Below are positions 23,867 to 24,000 of a stretch of DNA of 24,000 nt, one piece after another; position 1 is the first letter of the stretch; every line of letters begins with the position of its first letter. The notes beneath the pieces were generated by a model that was not told the origin of the DNA, did not search any database, and was given only the letters and a program-made list of their open reading frames with translations. The position numbers and the translations under genes were made by a program. Origin of the DNA: a bacterium (GTDB lineage Bacteria; Zhuqueibacterota; Zhuqueibacteria; Oceanimicrobiales; Oceanimicrobiaceae); NCBI GenBank assembly GCA_046757165.1, contig JBHHXT010000042.1, positions 6,177 to 30,176 on the forward strand. Direction: 5' to 3'.

Positions 23867-24000
23867 TACGTGTTGGCCCTTGCTGGGAGAAATTCATGAA
23901 TTATTCGGGTCAAGAATATTTTGTCATGCATATCATTGTGTTTCTTGGGCACGATTTTTCGGTGACCTTCGGCGACTTCGGTGATTTTCGGTGGTCATAA

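Noticed and set aside
23896-24000. 35-aa plus-strand ORF, a 21-aa basic minus-strand ORF, and four TTCGGYGA repeats at the right edge
   Set aside because: These are too short and lack motifs. The repeats may belong to the 3' end of a minus-strand gene starting beyond the window (…YDHRKSPKSPKVTEKS…), which cannot be judged from here.
1-24000. Search by eye for CRISPR arrays, tRNA or rRNA genes, transposases, integrases and phage genes
   Set aside because: None were found. The only accessory-type content is the two toxin-antitoxin pairs. Covariance-model scans would still be needed to exclude small RNAs.

Overview
Gene-dense window, almost entirely minus-strand. It appears to come from a flagellated, probably uncultured bacterium of the FCB-type lineages, because a large BNR-repeat protein ends in a T9SS C-terminal sorting domain. 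Left to right: (1) a decaying MNT/HEPN toxin-antitoxin pair. (2) An orphan receiver-domain gene. (3) A five-part respiratory locus transcribed right to left: porin, then a TtrB-like 4x[4Fe-4S] subunit, a TtrC/NrfD-like membrane subunit and a 1059-aa Tat-exported TtrA-like molybdopterin subunit, preceded by a sigma-54 two-component system. (4) A single-domain HPt gene. (5) A late flagellar operon, fliS-fliS-fliD-fliT-like-flgM. (6) A frameshifted small membrane-protein gene. (7) A long nicotinamidase/isochorismatase-family gene behind a highly structured leader. (8) A DUF2252 kinase-fold protein. (9) The BNR/T9SS protein. (10) vapBC. (11) trpF. I saw no rRNA, tRNA, CRISPR array, transposase or integrase. 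The most unusual feature is the sensor histidine kinase of the molybdoenzyme locus. It is one continuous ORF fused to a complete MobA (molybdenum cofactor guanylyltransferase) domain, so the sensor carries the enzyme that finishes the bis-MGD cofactor of the reductase it is predicted to regulate. With the porin, the tandem palindromic upstream sites, the orphan REC paralog and the HPt protein, this looks like an undescribed regulatory and maturation arrangement for a Ttr-family enzyme of unknown substrate. All family calls come from reading motifs by eye. No database search was possible.
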